A stretch of DNA of 64,000 nucleotides from an uncultured virus (IMG/VR IMGVR_UViG_3300042569_000394) (Duplodnaviria > Heunggongvirae > Uroviricota > Caudoviricetes), in the IMG/VR virus record IMGVR_UViG_3300042569_000394; one strand, 5' to 3'. Below are positions 19,180 through 31,200 of this stretch, piece after piece (the stretch's first letter is position 1; every line of letters starts with the position of its first letter). The position numbers and the translations under genes were made by a program. The notes beneath the pieces are model-generated. The model made no database searches, had not been told where the DNA came from, and saw only the letters and a program-made list of their open reading frames with translations.

Positions 19180-19641
19180 CTAGGCTATGATGCCAACTGC
19201 AATAACCTGGACGTGAAGATTTCTAACTGTCCCAGGTGCAGCAAATCTAACGTTGATCTTGCAGCCTGCTTTTGTAATGTCAGAGATGGTGACAATAGCG
19301 GTCTGCGTTGCGTCTGTAACGTCTCCAAAGATAACTGGTGTTGCAGTTACAACTGGTGGTCCATCAAATGCAATCTCAGAAAACTTAACGTCTGCCTCGC
19401 CCTTGCTGTCTAGAGTAATGTTTTCTGACTCTAGTTTTACCTTAACGGTAGATGCAAAGAATGATGTATTTGATGTTGCCTTAGTTGAAACAAGAGACTC
19501 GGTATTGGTTGGCTTAATGTGCGTCTTGCCTTTTCTTTGATCGACAGCCTTGATTAGATCGTTTACTGCGTTGGTTAGTTCAAAAAGAAAGGCTGCGTCA
19601 ATAGGCTGGCCTCTAGATGGTGTCGGTAGTATTTTTGCCAT
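19180..19641 (-). CDS. Minor tail/fibre protein
   Basis: P..GQPID N-terminal anchor; C-terminal F..AFDGPPVVTAT...VIAVG domain typical of fibre tips. Confidence 0.6.
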   Translation of the reverse strand: MAKILPTPSRGQPIDAAFLFELTNAVNDLIKAVDQRKGKTHIKPTNTESLVSTKATSNTSFFASTVKVKLESENITLDSKGEADVKFSEIAFDGPPVVTATPVIFGDVTDATQTAIVTISDITKAGCKINVRFAAPGTVRNLHVQVIAVGIIA

Positions 19642-19659
19642 AGTAATACAATTATAGCA

Positions 19660-20235
19660 TTAAAGTGTAAAGTCTGTTTCTACAAGCAAAACTGATTTTG
19701 GGTATAAGGTCTCTGGCGAGACTGTTGAGGTTGTGGCTGCATCTAGTCCACGATATGTTGGGACTAGAACTGCAACATCTACCTTATTTTTGCCAGATGG
19801 GGCAACCGTTGAAAAGTTTGTGGATGTCGTCTCACCCATAAAAGACCATGGAGCAGCAGTTTCTGTTTCATTATTGTGAAATCTTACATAAACGTGAAAT
19901 CTGTTTGTAAAAATTTTTTTGTTTAGAAATAGCCTATCTACGTTCCAAGTAATAGAAAGAATCTTTGGGGATCCACTACCCTTTGTAACACTATATTCTG
20001 CAGGCTGCCCCACCACGTCTCCAGTATAAAGGGCAATCTGTGTTCCATCAATTTCTGTAGCAACTTCAAAGTTAGGAGACCATCGTGAAGAAAGTTTGCC
20101 GTCTTCTGAAACTACACGATATCTAGCAAAATAAACATTCTTTCCACCATCTTCTGGGGCGGTGATATCATCTGGAAGATAGAATAGGTCTGGCAAATCT
20201 TTGGCAGGTATCCTGACAAATTTTCTGCTTGCCAT
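19660..20235 (-). CDS. Minor tail protein (FN3-like)
   Basis: RYRVVSEDG..SRWSP; located in the tail module. Confidence 0.55.
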   Translation of the reverse strand: MASRKFVRIPAKDLPDLFYLPDDITAPEDGGKNVYFARYRVVSEDGKLSSRWSPNFEVATEIDGTQIALYTGDVVGQPAEYSVTKGSGSPKILSITWNVDRLFLNKKIFTNRFHVYVRFHNNETETAAPWSFMGETTSTNFSTVAPSGKNKVDVAVLVPTYRGLDAATTSTVSPETLYPKSVLLVETDFTL

Positions 20236-21455
20236 TATACATCCACCGCAAATCTAAACTCTACATAGTTAGTTGAGTTTGGAGATTTAATGATTGTTCG
20301 TGGCTGACCGTTTACGTTATTTGTAACAACAGTGTAACCTGTCATGCCGTATAGTGGATTTGGAGTTGACACATTTTCAAACCTAAGTCCGTCAAGGCAT
20401 ACGTAGTATAGGTCTGTTGGCTCTGCGTTATCATCCAATACGCTTACATAAACTTTTACATTCTTTACGATCTCCCAAGAAAATCCTGGAGACTTTGTGA
20501 GGTCTTCTATCTTTTTGTTAATTACAAAATATCTATTTAAAGATAGGTCAGCGACTGTTACGTTCTTTCTGGCGGTGGCATTGTTTGCAACGCCAATTGT
20601 AGTATTAGAGTCATATAGATCTACCTCAAGTCTAGCGTATTGTCCTTCGTCATAGGTATCGTTAGATGTAAACTCAACCATAATCCTTACGTTTGATGGA
20701 ATGTCATTTAGTTCTGGGTCTTCGTTTTTTGATACCACTGAAAAGGCAAGTCTGATCTCGTCTGTAACTGCATTGTTGTCGAAGTTAAGTCTTGCATTTG
20801 TTAGGTGGATGTGATTAGACTTGAAGGTGCCTCCATCTGTCCATTCTGCGTCCACAGAAAGAACTCCAGTTTGCGAAGTCACATCTAGTTTTGCAGACTT
20901 GCCAGACATAAAAATTGTATTATCTAGGAATCTTGGTTGCTCAAATCTTTTAGTTCTGTAATCGCTTAGAAATATGCTGTTACTTGCAGGTGCCTGAAAG
21001 ACAGGCTCTGTTCTTGCAATACTGTTGTTTGCACCACCTTCATCCAGCCTTCCTGCAATTGGTGGAATTACAACTGCTGAGTTGTCGGTTGCTGAGTGAT
21101 ATGCCCAGCCCTCATTTCCAGAAAATGAATACAAAGATCTGCTATCTGAACTTGTTGCCAGAGAGTTCCCCAGTGCAGAAAACAATCCAATCTCACTTAT
21201 TTCGTATCGATCTGCTGTTGGAAGTTCGGCTGTTAAAACTACTTTTGCTGTATCGTTTTCATTGACAAAGCCACGAGAGATAATTGGAACACGAAACATT
21301 TCAAAGTCTAATGACTGCTTATCTGAGTAGTCCCCAAGGTCTTCGTTAGTTGGCAAGGGTTTTGCCCCACACCCAATAGCAATGTAGGATGCATAGGCTG
21401 GTGCCTGACCAATCAGGTATTTAGCCATAATTTCTTTTCCAGTATTTGTAATCAT
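20235..21455 (-). CDS. Baseplate/tail-tip structural protein
   Basis: MITNTGK...YIAIG...ISEIGLF tail-collar-type N-terminal domain. Confidence 0.65.
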   Translation of the reverse strand: MITNTGKEIMAKYLIGQAPAYASYIAIGCGAKPLPTNEDLGDYSDKQSLDFEMFRVPIISRGFVNENDTAKVVLTAELPTADRYEISEIGLFSALGNSLATSSDSRSLYSFSGNEGWAYHSATDNSAVVIPPIAGRLDEGGANNSIARTEPVFQAPASNSIFLSDYRTKRFEQPRFLDNTIFMSGKSAKLDVTSQTGVLSVDAEWTDGGTFKSNHIHLTNARLNFDNNAVTDEIRLAFSVVSKNEDPELNDIPSNVRIMVEFTSNDTYDEGQYARLEVDLYDSNTTIGVANNATARKNVTVADLSLNRYFVINKKIEDLTKSPGFSWEIVKNVKVYVSVLDDNAEPTDLYYVCLDGLRFENVSTPNPLYGMTGYTVVTNNVNGQPRTIIKSPNSTNYVEFRFAVDV

Positions 21456-21477
21456 AAGTATCTCCTCTATTGTACCA

Positions 21478-22092
21478 TTAACTGTCTTGAATTTCTACGC
21501 CTAGGTCTTGAATTTCTCCGCCAGAAAGCATTTCAACCTGAACCACAAAACCATCTTTGATATTGTCAACGGCAACAACTAGGTCTCCTGTCGCACTGTC
21601 AAAATATACCGCTCCGTCTACCGAATACTGTCCAATGTCTAGTGCTGACGAAACGTCTACAGAAGTTCCAGATAGGGCTAGGAGTCTTTTAGGGCTGTAG
21701 ATAAAATATATGTCTGACAGGTTCTTTATTGGCTGGTAGGTTATGTTTAGTCCAAGTACCGCTTCGCTTCTGCCTAGATCCATCAATTCAAATAGGGAAA
21801 GGTCTTCGAAAAGTTCTTCGACAAGTAGTGATTCCGAGCCAGCAAGTTCTTCAGTAATAATGTTTCCTGGAACAGATATTGCAATTGGCAAATTTCTTCG
21901 ATTTTGTGATTGACTAGTGACCTTTACTACCTCTGGTGTTGCTGCTACTGGAAGTTTTCCATTAACAAGGTTGTTTGTGTCTCCATAATATTTTGTACCG
22001 TCTGCCAAAACGTTAACTCCGCTAACACCATTATAAAGTGTTCCTACGCCATATCGCCCTGTGCCTGTTGGGTCATATCCAAAATTTGCCAT
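21478..22092 (-). CDS. Hypothetical tail-module protein
   Basis: Packed ORF in the tail operon. Confidence 0.6.
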   Translation of the reverse strand: MANFGYDPTGTGRYGVGTLYNGVSGVNVLADGTKYYGDTNNLVNGKLPVAATPEVVKVTSQSQNRRNLPIAISVPGNIITEELAGSESLLVEELFEDLSLFELMDLGRSEAVLGLNITYQPIKNLSDIYFIYSPKRLLALSGTSVDVSSALDIGQYSVDGAVYFDSATGDLVVAVDNIKDGFVVQVEMLSGGEIQDLGVEIQDS

Positions 22093-22093
22093 G

Positions 22094-25000
22094 CTACACT
22101 ACCTCGCTCAAGTATACAGACATTTCTGGTCCTTGGTTGCTCTTATTGTATTCTATTTGATACACAACAAATCTTGAAGACTCTGGAGCAATCTGGTCTG
22201 TTCCATTCTCATCCTTCATGTCAATGTTTACAATATCTCCTAATTGCAATGTTGGCATAGAGAATACGTTAACTCCGATAGACTTTCTTGGTCTCATAAT
22301 CTTATTAGCAATCCAGTCCATTAGTGAGTTTGCCATGTCCTGGCTTTGAATATATCTAGACTCAAGCGTGAATTCTTTTTTACCATAGGCAGATCTACTG
22401 TTTCTAATTCTGTTATACTCCTGTGCTTCCTTTAGTGGTGATGTAACCAAAGACGATCCTGTTGGAGTCTGTGGATCTGACAGGCTTGACCTTGTTGAAA
22501 AATACTCATCTACAGTTAATTCGTGTGTTGCCTGTTGTGTAAATGTTACACCCTGAAGCCTTAAGTAGTTTCCCCCTGTTCCGTCAAGAACTAGGACTGA
22601 GTCTGTTGAGTTGAATATCATAAACTCTGCTGAGTATGGACCAGCAATAAATCCAGAAACAACATAGCCCCTATCGTTGTTGTAGGTTGGTGCAATCTGT
22701 GCTGTTAAGGCTGGATAAGACTTGTCGTATCTTACGTTAAAGTAGGCAGCCTCTCGCATGATAGTTCCAAACTCTTCGTAGTATATCGCCTTTCCTGTTG
22801 GGCTAGATGGGCTAACATCCTTTAGGAATGACTCATTGATAATACCACTTAGAGCATACTTACGCATTGACTCGTTAAAACTTATTGACCCAGACCCAAA
22901 GATACCGTTTTCTGGAACAGATGCACTAGAAACAATCTCGGTGCTTGAGGTTTGGCTAGGTGATGCAGAAATAGCAAACACGTGCTCAAACATACACTTT
23001 GCTTTTCCACGAACAAATAGGGCCATGTTGTTATAGATAATTGGCTTCTTGGTGTTTGCATCTATAAACGGTTCGGCATCTGTAACTGTTCCCACAAGAA
23101 CGTTATTTACGTAAAGGTAGAATCTTAGATTATTTTCATTAACAACCTCATACTCAACCGCTAGGTCGTAGACTGTGCTTGCCGAGTTAGTTGATGACAT
23201 TCTTGACTGACCAGTAAACAATCCGTTGTCAACAGACACATTTGTTAGACCTCCCCATAGTTTTACAGGGGTTGCTTTCTGTCCAGTTAGTACGGCATTG
23301 CTTTCGTCTAGCCCAACATTCATCTTGTAAAATAACAGGTTGTGAACTGGGTCTTCAATGATCTTGTCGTCTTGAGTATACTTTGTAACCTTTCTAGATA
23401 TGCTTGTGTCAGAAAGAGCAGCAATCTCAAAATAGTATCCGTTGTTTGTTACTGGGTTTAGCAATACTGCAATTCCTCCAGAAGAAGCCTTTAGAACAGT
23501 AGTCGTTTCATTTCCAGAAGGGGTTAGTTGTTTGCTTGTGTACCAAGAATCTTCTCCAACACCAGACTGCTCCTGACCATATCCGTATTTACCAATAAGT
23601 CTAAGTCTAGTTCCAAAGTACTTGTACTTTGCAGCATCTGCACCAAGATTTTTGTATGTGTATGAAACAAAGTCAACGCTGTTTGGATCATTAGCGTCAG
23701 TAAAGGCTGGTCCAGACATAACAAGGGCAGAAGATTGTACGCTTCCATTAGGAACTGTTTGTGGATTGGTAATTCCATTATTATTTGTAGTTGTATCAGA
23801 ACTTAGATAGTTTTTGATTACCCCAGTAATTGACGATCCCTGACCAACTGTAGAACTGTTTCTGTTTCCAGAGTCATTTGTTTTTCCACCTGCAACTTTT
23901 GTAGAATCCAAAGACAGGAATCTTTGATCTGTAAAGTTTATAGCCTGAATATCCTTTAAAAGATTTTCTGCAGAGATTCCTTTTAATGGTACAGAAGTAT
24001 CACCTTTATGCTTAATTTTAAACAGTGTGCTACTTTGAATAGACTCTACCCTAAGCATGTTTAGGTTGTCTGCATCAAACGGTTTAGTGACGGTTAAATC
24101 TGTTCCAGACTTAGACAGAGACTTTTCTATTGCGATTAAATCTACCTGCTGCCCTACCTTAATTCCGCTAGTATCTTCAACAGCAATGGTTCTGTTGTCA
24201 TATGCTAAAGATGGCACTAGGTCTTCAATTACCCCACAAACAGTTCCTGGATTAACGGTTATTGTTTTTACAATTGTGCCATTAATTACCAAAGAAATAT
24301 CTGTTGCAGTATTGTTTGTTACCGTTGCTGTAAAGGTCTGATCGATAGTGGTGGCTGTTGACGTTGCTATTGTGACTAGGCCTGTACCCTGCTTAATAAG
24401 TGTTGTGCCAACATCGTGAGTTTTTGGATTTTTCTTTGTTGGTGTTAGTGGTTTAGCGACAATGGTTCCAGAAGTTCCTCCAGAAATATTGGCCCCAACT
24501 ACTGACCAACTAAATGATGATCCAGGAGATACCCCTGCTTCAATGGTGTTTTTGTAAAAAGATCTAAAAGATGGAAAGGTTGCTTTAATGCTCAGGGTCG
24601 ATGTCGTTGATCCTGGAACAATATTTGAAATACTAATGTTGCCAAGTGATGTGACGGTGTCTATATTCTTTTTTGGCTGCAGGGATTGTGTAACAGAATA
24701 AACCGTTCTGCCAGCCATGGAAAGTGAATAGGTGTAGTCCTTTGAAGCCTTTAGATTAGTTGCAGTAACGCTTCCAACCCCTGTTCCACTTCCTGCAGAC
24801 AGTGTGCCAGGTGCAGTTATTGTCCAGGCCAAAGATCCTGTCCCAAATGTTTTAATTGGAACTGTGGCCTTGTGTGGAATGTATGCGTTTCTTAGTTGGA
24901 AGTTTCCAATAGCACTAAAGAGGTAGTCTGAATCCATAGTAACACCAGATACATTTTGTGCCCAAGATGCTGTGTCAAGTCCTGCCTTGTGTTCTACAAC

Positions 25001-27547
25001 CTTTGTGCCAAACTGACCACGACCATGAACCTCTACTACGCCTGGGATAGGTCTTCCAGTGTCTTTGTTATAGAAAGGCTTTGAGTATATGCGAACAAAT
25101 CCTGTTGGATACATCTTGCCATTAAACGGAATCTTTGAAAAGTAGTCCTCGTATTCTTCAAGGCTGCTAATCCAAACATCTGCTGTTTCTCCTAGCACCT
25201 TATACTGAACTGCATCATACTTAATTACTTCACCGTTGGCATAGAAGTACCCTGCGTATCTACCCATCCACTGAGCAGCGTCACCAAAGTCAATGATGTT
25301 GTCTTGAACAATACCCTGAGCATTTACTGATGGAACCCTATTGGGCAATGCTGTTTTAAGTGGGATTGCTGTTAGTGCATAGGTAGAAAGTGATCCATCG
25401 TTACCACCGTTTTGTGTCTTGGTGGCTTCTGATGGAGATACTTCCCAAAGAAGCGAAGGCTTGTATGTCCAGTTCTTGTCACGGTCTAGTTTGTTAGCCT
25501 GCTCTAGTGACGAGTAAGACTTTTCAATATACCGAGTTGTAAAGTTAATCTTTCCATCGTTGTAGACTTCTGTGTCCTGGCTTGCGATGCTAACAATGTT
25601 TGCTAGTTTTGGCTTAGTTGTTGAGTTTCTTTCTACACCATTCTTGGCAGAGTCTTTAGAGCCATATAGCGTAAGGTCTATCTCTCTGTCTGTTGCTTTT
25701 GGAAGCATGTAGTTTCTTGACATCAGAACAAAGTTGTTGTATTCGTCAAAGAACATTGCTGTTTGCGTAGAACGTGCTAGTTCGTTTAGGACTTCTGCAA
25801 CAGTTACATCTGGCTCAACATAGAAGAACGGTATGATTGGCTCTGGCTCTCCTGCTACCCTCTTAAAGATGTAGTTGCTAAAGCCAATGTTGTCCAAAAG
25901 AAACGACACTGCATAACTTAGAGATGCGTTTCTGACAAGTACCTGCGGTGCAGAGAACGATTCAAAGTAAGAGAACATATCTCTTAGGTTAATTCTTACA
26001 GTCCTAGAGTCTGCCGATATTTCTGGGAAGCCATCACCATACATAGTCTTGATAGGAACAAAGTAGTCATAGTATGTTCCGTTCTCAAGAACCTCTGCGA
26101 TAACATCATAGATCTTAAACTGGATTTGGTTTGGTGCATATTTTGCAATAATGCTTGTTGAATTATTGATGTTAAACGAATTGTCAAAGTCAAAGATTTC
26201 TATAGATCCTGTAGACACTAGGAGTTGTCCTACTGGCAATCCGCTTACGCCTAGATCTGATGCTGTTTTCTTTGCAGATACCGCCTTTGTTCTGTCGGTC
26301 ATGTTTACAGCAAGACGAGTAGACATTTCAATAAGGTCGAAGGTAGAGTCTAACTTGTTCATGGTTTCTACAACAATCCTGAGACCCTTAAGGTACTGCA
26401 TCTCTCTGAAGGTATTTCTAAATTGATTCGTTGTGTTGATAAAGTTATCTGGGCTTGTAGTGTCTGTAACAAAGTGAGTGAATCTGTCTACAGTTTCTTC
26501 TGCAACTATCCATCCATACTCTGGAGCAAACACCTGATATTCTTCATCTGCTTCAATCCATATGTGGTATTCTCCAATGTCTGTTGCAGAACTTTTAATT
26601 AGGTAGGCATATCCGTTTACCGCCTTAACAGGCAAAAGGGCTGTTGTTGAATATGTCTCAGCCTGAACAAAAATGTCTCTGTACATATCTGGAACAATTA
26701 GTCCATAAGATAATTCTACATATCCGTCTGCACCAATTACAGGAGAGCCATCTCTTCTTGTGGAGTTTGCGTCAAATGTTTTTAGGTCTTCCCATCCATC
26801 TCCGACGAGTCCCTGAATCTTCCATTTAACAGGAGTTGTTTTGTTTGCGTTTCCAAATAGTGGGTCTGGGATACTTCCATTTGCAGTAGCAATGCTTCCC
26901 TGATTAATTGTTCCGACATTAGTTTGCATCTTTACAACTACCCTGTTTGCTGGAACTACTTCTTTATAGACAACAAAAGGAACCGCATCGTCAATTGCGT
27001 ATTCAGATAGCCCACCGATTGTTCTGTTTGCTACACCATACTCTTTGCCAGTTTCTGTTCTAAAGGATGTCCAGTATTTAAACTTATCGTTTCTATCAGA
27101 CACGTAGTATCTTGGCCTGTTTGTGTCAAGGTATGATTGACCTAGACCGTTAATCGTTGTACCGTTTACGAAGTGTGTTCCAAATGTTGTAAAGTATCTG
27201 GCCTTGTTGATTCCAGATCTTGGTCTAAACTTGCCAAGGCAGTCGTCTAGAGAGAAGTACAGTTTTTTCTTTTCGTTTACAGTAGAGAATCTAATTGGCT
27301 CATTTGTTTCATTAAACCCATTCTCAATAGTAGTATCTGAGTTGGTGGCATTTTTGTGAAAAGGATCGTTTGGGTCAAACTGCACTGGTAGAAGTCTAAA
27401 GTCTGTAGATGTTTTACGATAGCGATAGTTTCCCACCATAGAAATGTTGTCAGGAATATTCATATTCCATTCAGCAGATATGAATGATCTGTTCTTAACG
27501 GATGAAGAAGTTTCTAGGTGCTCTTGTAGTTTTTCGTTAAAGAACAT
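22094..27547 (-). CDS. Large minor tail protein (tail tip/hub, 1817 aa)
   Basis: Second gene after the tape measure; C-terminal PTLQLGDIVNI...VYQIEY OB-type hub motif. Confidence 0.8.
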   Translation of the reverse strand: MFFNEKLQEHLETSSSVKNRSFISAEWNMNIPDNISMVGNYRYRKTSTDFRLLPVQFDPNDPFHKNATNSDTTIENGFNETNEPIRFSTVNEKKKLYFSLDDCLGKFRPRSGINKARYFTTFGTHFVNGTTINGLGQSYLDTNRPRYYVSDRNDKFKYWTSFRTETGKEYGVANRTIGGLSEYAIDDAVPFVVYKEVVPANRVVVKMQTNVGTINQGSIATANGSIPDPLFGNANKTTPVKWKIQGLVGDGWEDLKTFDANSTRRDGSPVIGADGYVELSYGLIVPDMYRDIFVQAETYSTTALLPVKAVNGYAYLIKSSATDIGEYHIWIEADEEYQVFAPEYGWIVAEETVDRFTHFVTDTTSPDNFINTTNQFRNTFREMQYLKGLRIVVETMNKLDSTFDLIEMSTRLAVNMTDRTKAVSAKKTASDLGVSGLPVGQLLVSTGSIEIFDFDNSFNINNSTSIIAKYAPNQIQFKIYDVIAEVLENGTYYDYFVPIKTMYGDGFPEISADSRTVRINLRDMFSYFESFSAPQVLVRNASLSYAVSFLLDNIGFSNYIFKRVAGEPEPIIPFFYVEPDVTVAEVLNELARSTQTAMFFDEYNNFVLMSRNYMLPKATDREIDLTLYGSKDSAKNGVERNSTTKPKLANIVSIASQDTEVYNDGKINFTTRYIEKSYSSLEQANKLDRDKNWTYKPSLLWEVSPSEATKTQNGGNDGSLSTYALTAIPLKTALPNRVPSVNAQGIVQDNIIDFGDAAQWMGRYAGYFYANGEVIKYDAVQYKVLGETADVWISSLEEYEDYFSKIPFNGKMYPTGFVRIYSKPFYNKDTGRPIPGVVEVHGRGQFGTKVVEHKAGLDTASWAQNVSGVTMDSDYLFSAIGNFQLRNAYIPHKATVPIKTFGTGSLAWTITAPGTLSAGSGTGVGSVTATNLKASKDYTYSLSMAGRTVYSVTQSLQPKKNIDTVTSLGNISISNIVPGSTTSTLSIKATFPSFRSFYKNTIEAGVSPGSSFSWSVVGANISGGTSGTIVAKPLTPTKKNPKTHDVGTTLIKQGTGLVTIATSTATTIDQTFTATVTNNTATDISLVINGTIVKTITVNPGTVCGVIEDLVPSLAYDNRTIAVEDTSGIKVGQQVDLIAIEKSLSKSGTDLTVTKPFDADNLNMLRVESIQSSTLFKIKHKGDTSVPLKGISAENLLKDIQAINFTDQRFLSLDSTKVAGGKTNDSGNRNSSTVGQGSSITGVIKNYLSSDTTTNNNGITNPQTVPNGSVQSSALVMSGPAFTDANDPNSVDFVSYTYKNLGADAAKYKYFGTRLRLIGKYGYGQEQSGVGEDSWYTSKQLTPSGNETTTVLKASSGGIAVLLNPVTNNGYYFEIAALSDTSISRKVTKYTQDDKIIEDPVHNLLFYKMNVGLDESNAVLTGQKATPVKLWGGLTNVSVDNGLFTGQSRMSSTNSASTVYDLAVEYEVVNENNLRFYLYVNNVLVGTVTDAEPFIDANTKKPIIYNNMALFVRGKAKCMFEHVFAISASPSQTSSTEIVSSASVPENGIFGSGSISFNESMRKYALSGIINESFLKDVSPSSPTGKAIYYEEFGTIMREAAYFNVRYDKSYPALTAQIAPTYNNDRGYVVSGFIAGPYSAEFMIFNSTDSVLVLDGTGGNYLRLQGVTFTQQATHELTVDEYFSTRSSLSDPQTPTGSSLVTSPLKEAQEYNRIRNSRSAYGKKEFTLESRYIQSQDMANSLMDWIANKIMRPRKSIGVNVFSMPTLQLGDIVNIDMKDENGTDQIAPESSRFVVYQIEYNKSNQGPEMSVYLSEVV

Positions 27548-27548
27548 G

Positions 27549-28205
27549 CTATACCTCTTCCAGGCTCAGAGACACACCCCAGAGGTCGTGCCCATATCCT
27601 CGTTTTTCTACTGAGTATGAAAAGTCTGAAAAGAAAACTTCTATAACATCTGAGTATTTGTGTAGATTGTTATACTTGTTTTGACCAGTAAAGTTATCGT
27701 ATCTATCGTATGATAGGAATAGCCAGAATGAACCTTTGTGGTTTTCATACCAGTCAAGCAATTCAATACCGCCAGCACCTCCGTCTGCCGTATACATCTG
27801 GCTCATGCCGTCTGATACAGTTGAGGTTGTTCTTAGAACTGCAAGACCATTCTCGTCAAACTCTGGTGATGCAGCATAGCCTCTAGATGGCAGTCTTTGC
27901 CAAGATGTAGAAATCTGTACCTTGTCTGCAATGTGATATGAACGCATACGACCATTGACCATACGCTCACGCTTTTCAATTCTTTGTGGCTTGAAAGATA
28001 TTTCTCCACGGTTGTGGTCAGATAGCACTAGGAAGGTCCCAGCCTCGTCAGGAGACTCTGCAATAATATCCCCATCTGATCCTAGTTCATAACCTACAGG
28101 GACGTAGAAGCCCTGCTCTGTGAGTGTTCCAGGGGTATCTGAAAGTAGCATGGCCTGTGGCCTGCCCCACTTCTTTCTACCTGCCATATACGCTGATGTG
28201 GTCAT
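27549..28205 (-). CDS. Distal-tail-like minor tail protein
   Basis: Directly after the tape measure; ends in SLSLEEV. Confidence 0.65.
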   Translation of the reverse strand: MTTSAYMAGRKKWGRPQAMLLSDTPGTLTEQGFYVPVGYELGSDGDIIAESPDEAGTFLVLSDHNRGEISFKPQRIEKRERMVNGRMRSYHIADKVQISTSWQRLPSRGYAASPEFDENGLAVLRTTSTVSDGMSQMYTADGGAGGIELLDWYENHKGSFWLFLSYDRYDNFTGQNKYNNLHKYSDVIEVFFSDFSYSVEKRGYGHDLWGVSLSLEEV

Positions 28206-31200
28206 TATAGAACATTGCTCCTAATTCGCTGTGAGTCAATCTGCTTAATCTGTGCCATTACGGTTCTTGCAATGTCATTAGCATTTGCACCTGAGTTGGC
28301 AACGTTTACGTTGACACTATAATTATACACTGAATCTCCGCCGTATGTTCCACTATTGATAGACTTTAGGTTGTCTACCCCAAAACTCTTTACCGCTGGC
28401 TGGCTTACAACGAACTCGCCTGGGGTAAGCATAGCAGGAATTGTATCTGTTCCTCTTGCAAATCCACCTGCCAGGAATCTTTGTGGCATAACCATACCAC
28501 CCATCTTAAAGCCCTGAACACCAAATGCTTTAAGTTCTGCTGTTCCGATTCCAGAACCTGCCAATGCAGAAACTAGTGGGTCGATGTTTGGCCCCTTATA
28601 TTTTTGATACGCATCGTGGGCAACATCACGAGCGTCACTAAGTGCTTTGAGTTCTGCTTTTTCTGAAGCCATCGGGCTTGGACCAATCGCTTTTTCTCTG
28701 GCTGCAAGACTATTGTTTGCCTGTGTGTAATTATCTTTTAAAGTTTTGTAGGTTTCGGCATTTGCTTTTAGCAGTTCAAGGCTGTCCCTAATTGCTGGTG
28801 AAAGTAGTGAGAATGCTTTAGATGTAGATTGCTGCAAGTTTTTTGATAGAAATGACAGGGATTTTTCAGCGGTTCTGTCGTAAGTTGCTTGTAAGTTTAG
28901 TAAGTTAGTTTTTTGATCTGCTGTTAGTGTTGCCCATTTTTTCTGATCCTGCAATCTTATATTTTTGTCTAGTCCTAATTTGCCAAACTCTTCGTTTCGC
29001 CTCTGATTAGCAGTTCTAAATAGATCTTCTGCGGTATTACCAGATGCATCTGGAGTTCTAGTATATCCATATAGATTTGAAAGACTAGTGTTAGGACCTT
29101 GTCTAAAGCGGTTACTAGTCTTTAATGCTGCCACTGCATCTTTAACAGTTGTTATTTTACCTGGGTCTGCTGGTGGACTACCTGGCACATCATCCACGAC
29201 ACCAGTTCCAGTACCGCTACCAGCATTAACAACTTTTCGTGTAATAGTTTGTGTTTGAGGCTTTGATGCTTCTGCATTCTTTTTAATTTGTTCCGCTGTT
29301 TGTGCTACAAGGGTATTAAGAATCTCTCTTTGCTTTGCAAGAATAACTTCGTTCTGTACAATCTCGTCTTTTCTAATCTCAAGAACTTGTAGTTGGATGT
29401 CGTACATCTTTTGCTCAAGGTCTGCCCTGCTTAGTTTTTGACCATTGATCTCTACGGTTAGTGCGTCTACTGCTCTCTTCTTTGCATCTTCCAAAGCCTT
29501 GACCTGTGCGTCTGCTGCAGCCTGGGCATTCTGTGCTCTAAGTTGTTGTGCAGCCTTAGCAGCAGCACCAATGTCACCACGAGATAGGGCATCGGCAATG
29601 TCTAGTTCGCCCTGCTTCTGTCTTGCAATGTCGTCATTGACAGACTTAACTTCTTGCAGTGCTTGAATCTGCTTGTCGTAGGTCTCATTAATCTTTTCTG
29701 CTTTTTTAGAGATAATGTCAAGTCCGTTTTGGTATACTCCATTCTCAGCCTCAAGAGTGTCTATCCTTACCTGTGCATCATCAATCTCGTTTTGAACCGT
29801 GCCCTTTGATAGTCTCTCTGCTGCAAGGTTGGCAAGTTTTGCTTTTGCTAATTCGTGTACCGCTTTTTTCTGATCCTTTAGATTACCAATTAGTTTGATT
29901 CCTGAAAGAGCAAGAACCATATCGGAGTCTGCCATTAGTTCAGATGTTAGTGCAGCATTTTGATTTCCAAGAGCCAAGGCTTTTGTTGCGTCAACTCTGT
30001 CATAAATTGATTTTGTAGCCTGTAGCCCACCAACAAATTGTCCTTCAATTTTTTGTCTTGCTGATATTTCATTAAGTTGTTTTAGGAACTTTGTGGCTTT
30101 ACCGCTGCTGTCAAAGAAACGTTTCATTTCTTTTTCTGCTTCTTCTTTTGGCATTCCAAGGATGTTATCAATAATGTCTTGGCTAACGTTAGCAGCAAAT
30201 AGGTTGTTGGTTAATCCAGAGAACATGTTCTTAAAACTTGACCCCTTCTTGGCAAATGCTTCCAAAGCCTTTTGTGATGCACTATATCCAACTGTTAGTT
30301 TCTGTGAAGCATCTGTTAGGTCTCTAACACCCTTTACGTAATCATCTAGCCATGATGCAGATGGGCCACCCCCATTATTGTTTTGATTCCCTGCCCCGAC
30401 TGTATTGTCTACAAGAATTCTATCGTTTACGGCTCTTCTGGCTACAAAGTCGGTGTACATTCCCCAACCAACAATATCAGCCTTTGCTCCGTCTTTATTC
30501 TCTGGAGAACTTAGCCAAGCCAAAAAGTTTGGATCTTCAAAGTTCATAGTTCCAGAAAAGGTAGCAACATAAGATAAATATATTTGTTGCTCCGCTTTTG
30601 TTTTAATTGTAGAAAAGTATTTTTCATTATCTCTTAAAACATCCATTGCCTGCTCGTTCAAGATGCTTGCTCTCTGAACAATATCTACAGTTAGCATCTT
30701 TGGCTTGAGGTTTTTAATCTCTTCAATATCTTCCATCAGGGCTTTTTCAACATCTGGTCGCTTAGAAACAAAATCAACTAGAACTGTTGCGTCAATCCAG
30801 TTGCTGTTCATTCTTCCAAGTTCGCTATACATCTGTAGAAGTTGTTCTGCCTTTTCTCCCTTTACGGTAGACATTTTGGTCACAAACTCTGCTTGCATCT
30901 TTTTGTTAGATTTTCCATTTTCGTCAACAAACATTCTGCTTACTTGCAAGACTTGGGCAAGTCCAGTTCCAGTAAGGTTTGTTCGAATGTCAAATGCTTT
31001 TTGCATAACATCTGCGTCATTCTTTACAAGACTTGTAAGAAGAAGCATTGAGTCTGGGTCTATAGTTGTTCCAAGATCAAGCAGTAGGTTGTATCTCTGC
31101 CCCTTATCTGTTACCGATGATCTTAGATTTTCTATTGCTATTGTCGCAAGGTCTTCCTGAGCAGTACCCTTGTATTTTTTAGTAACGACCTTTTCGGCAC

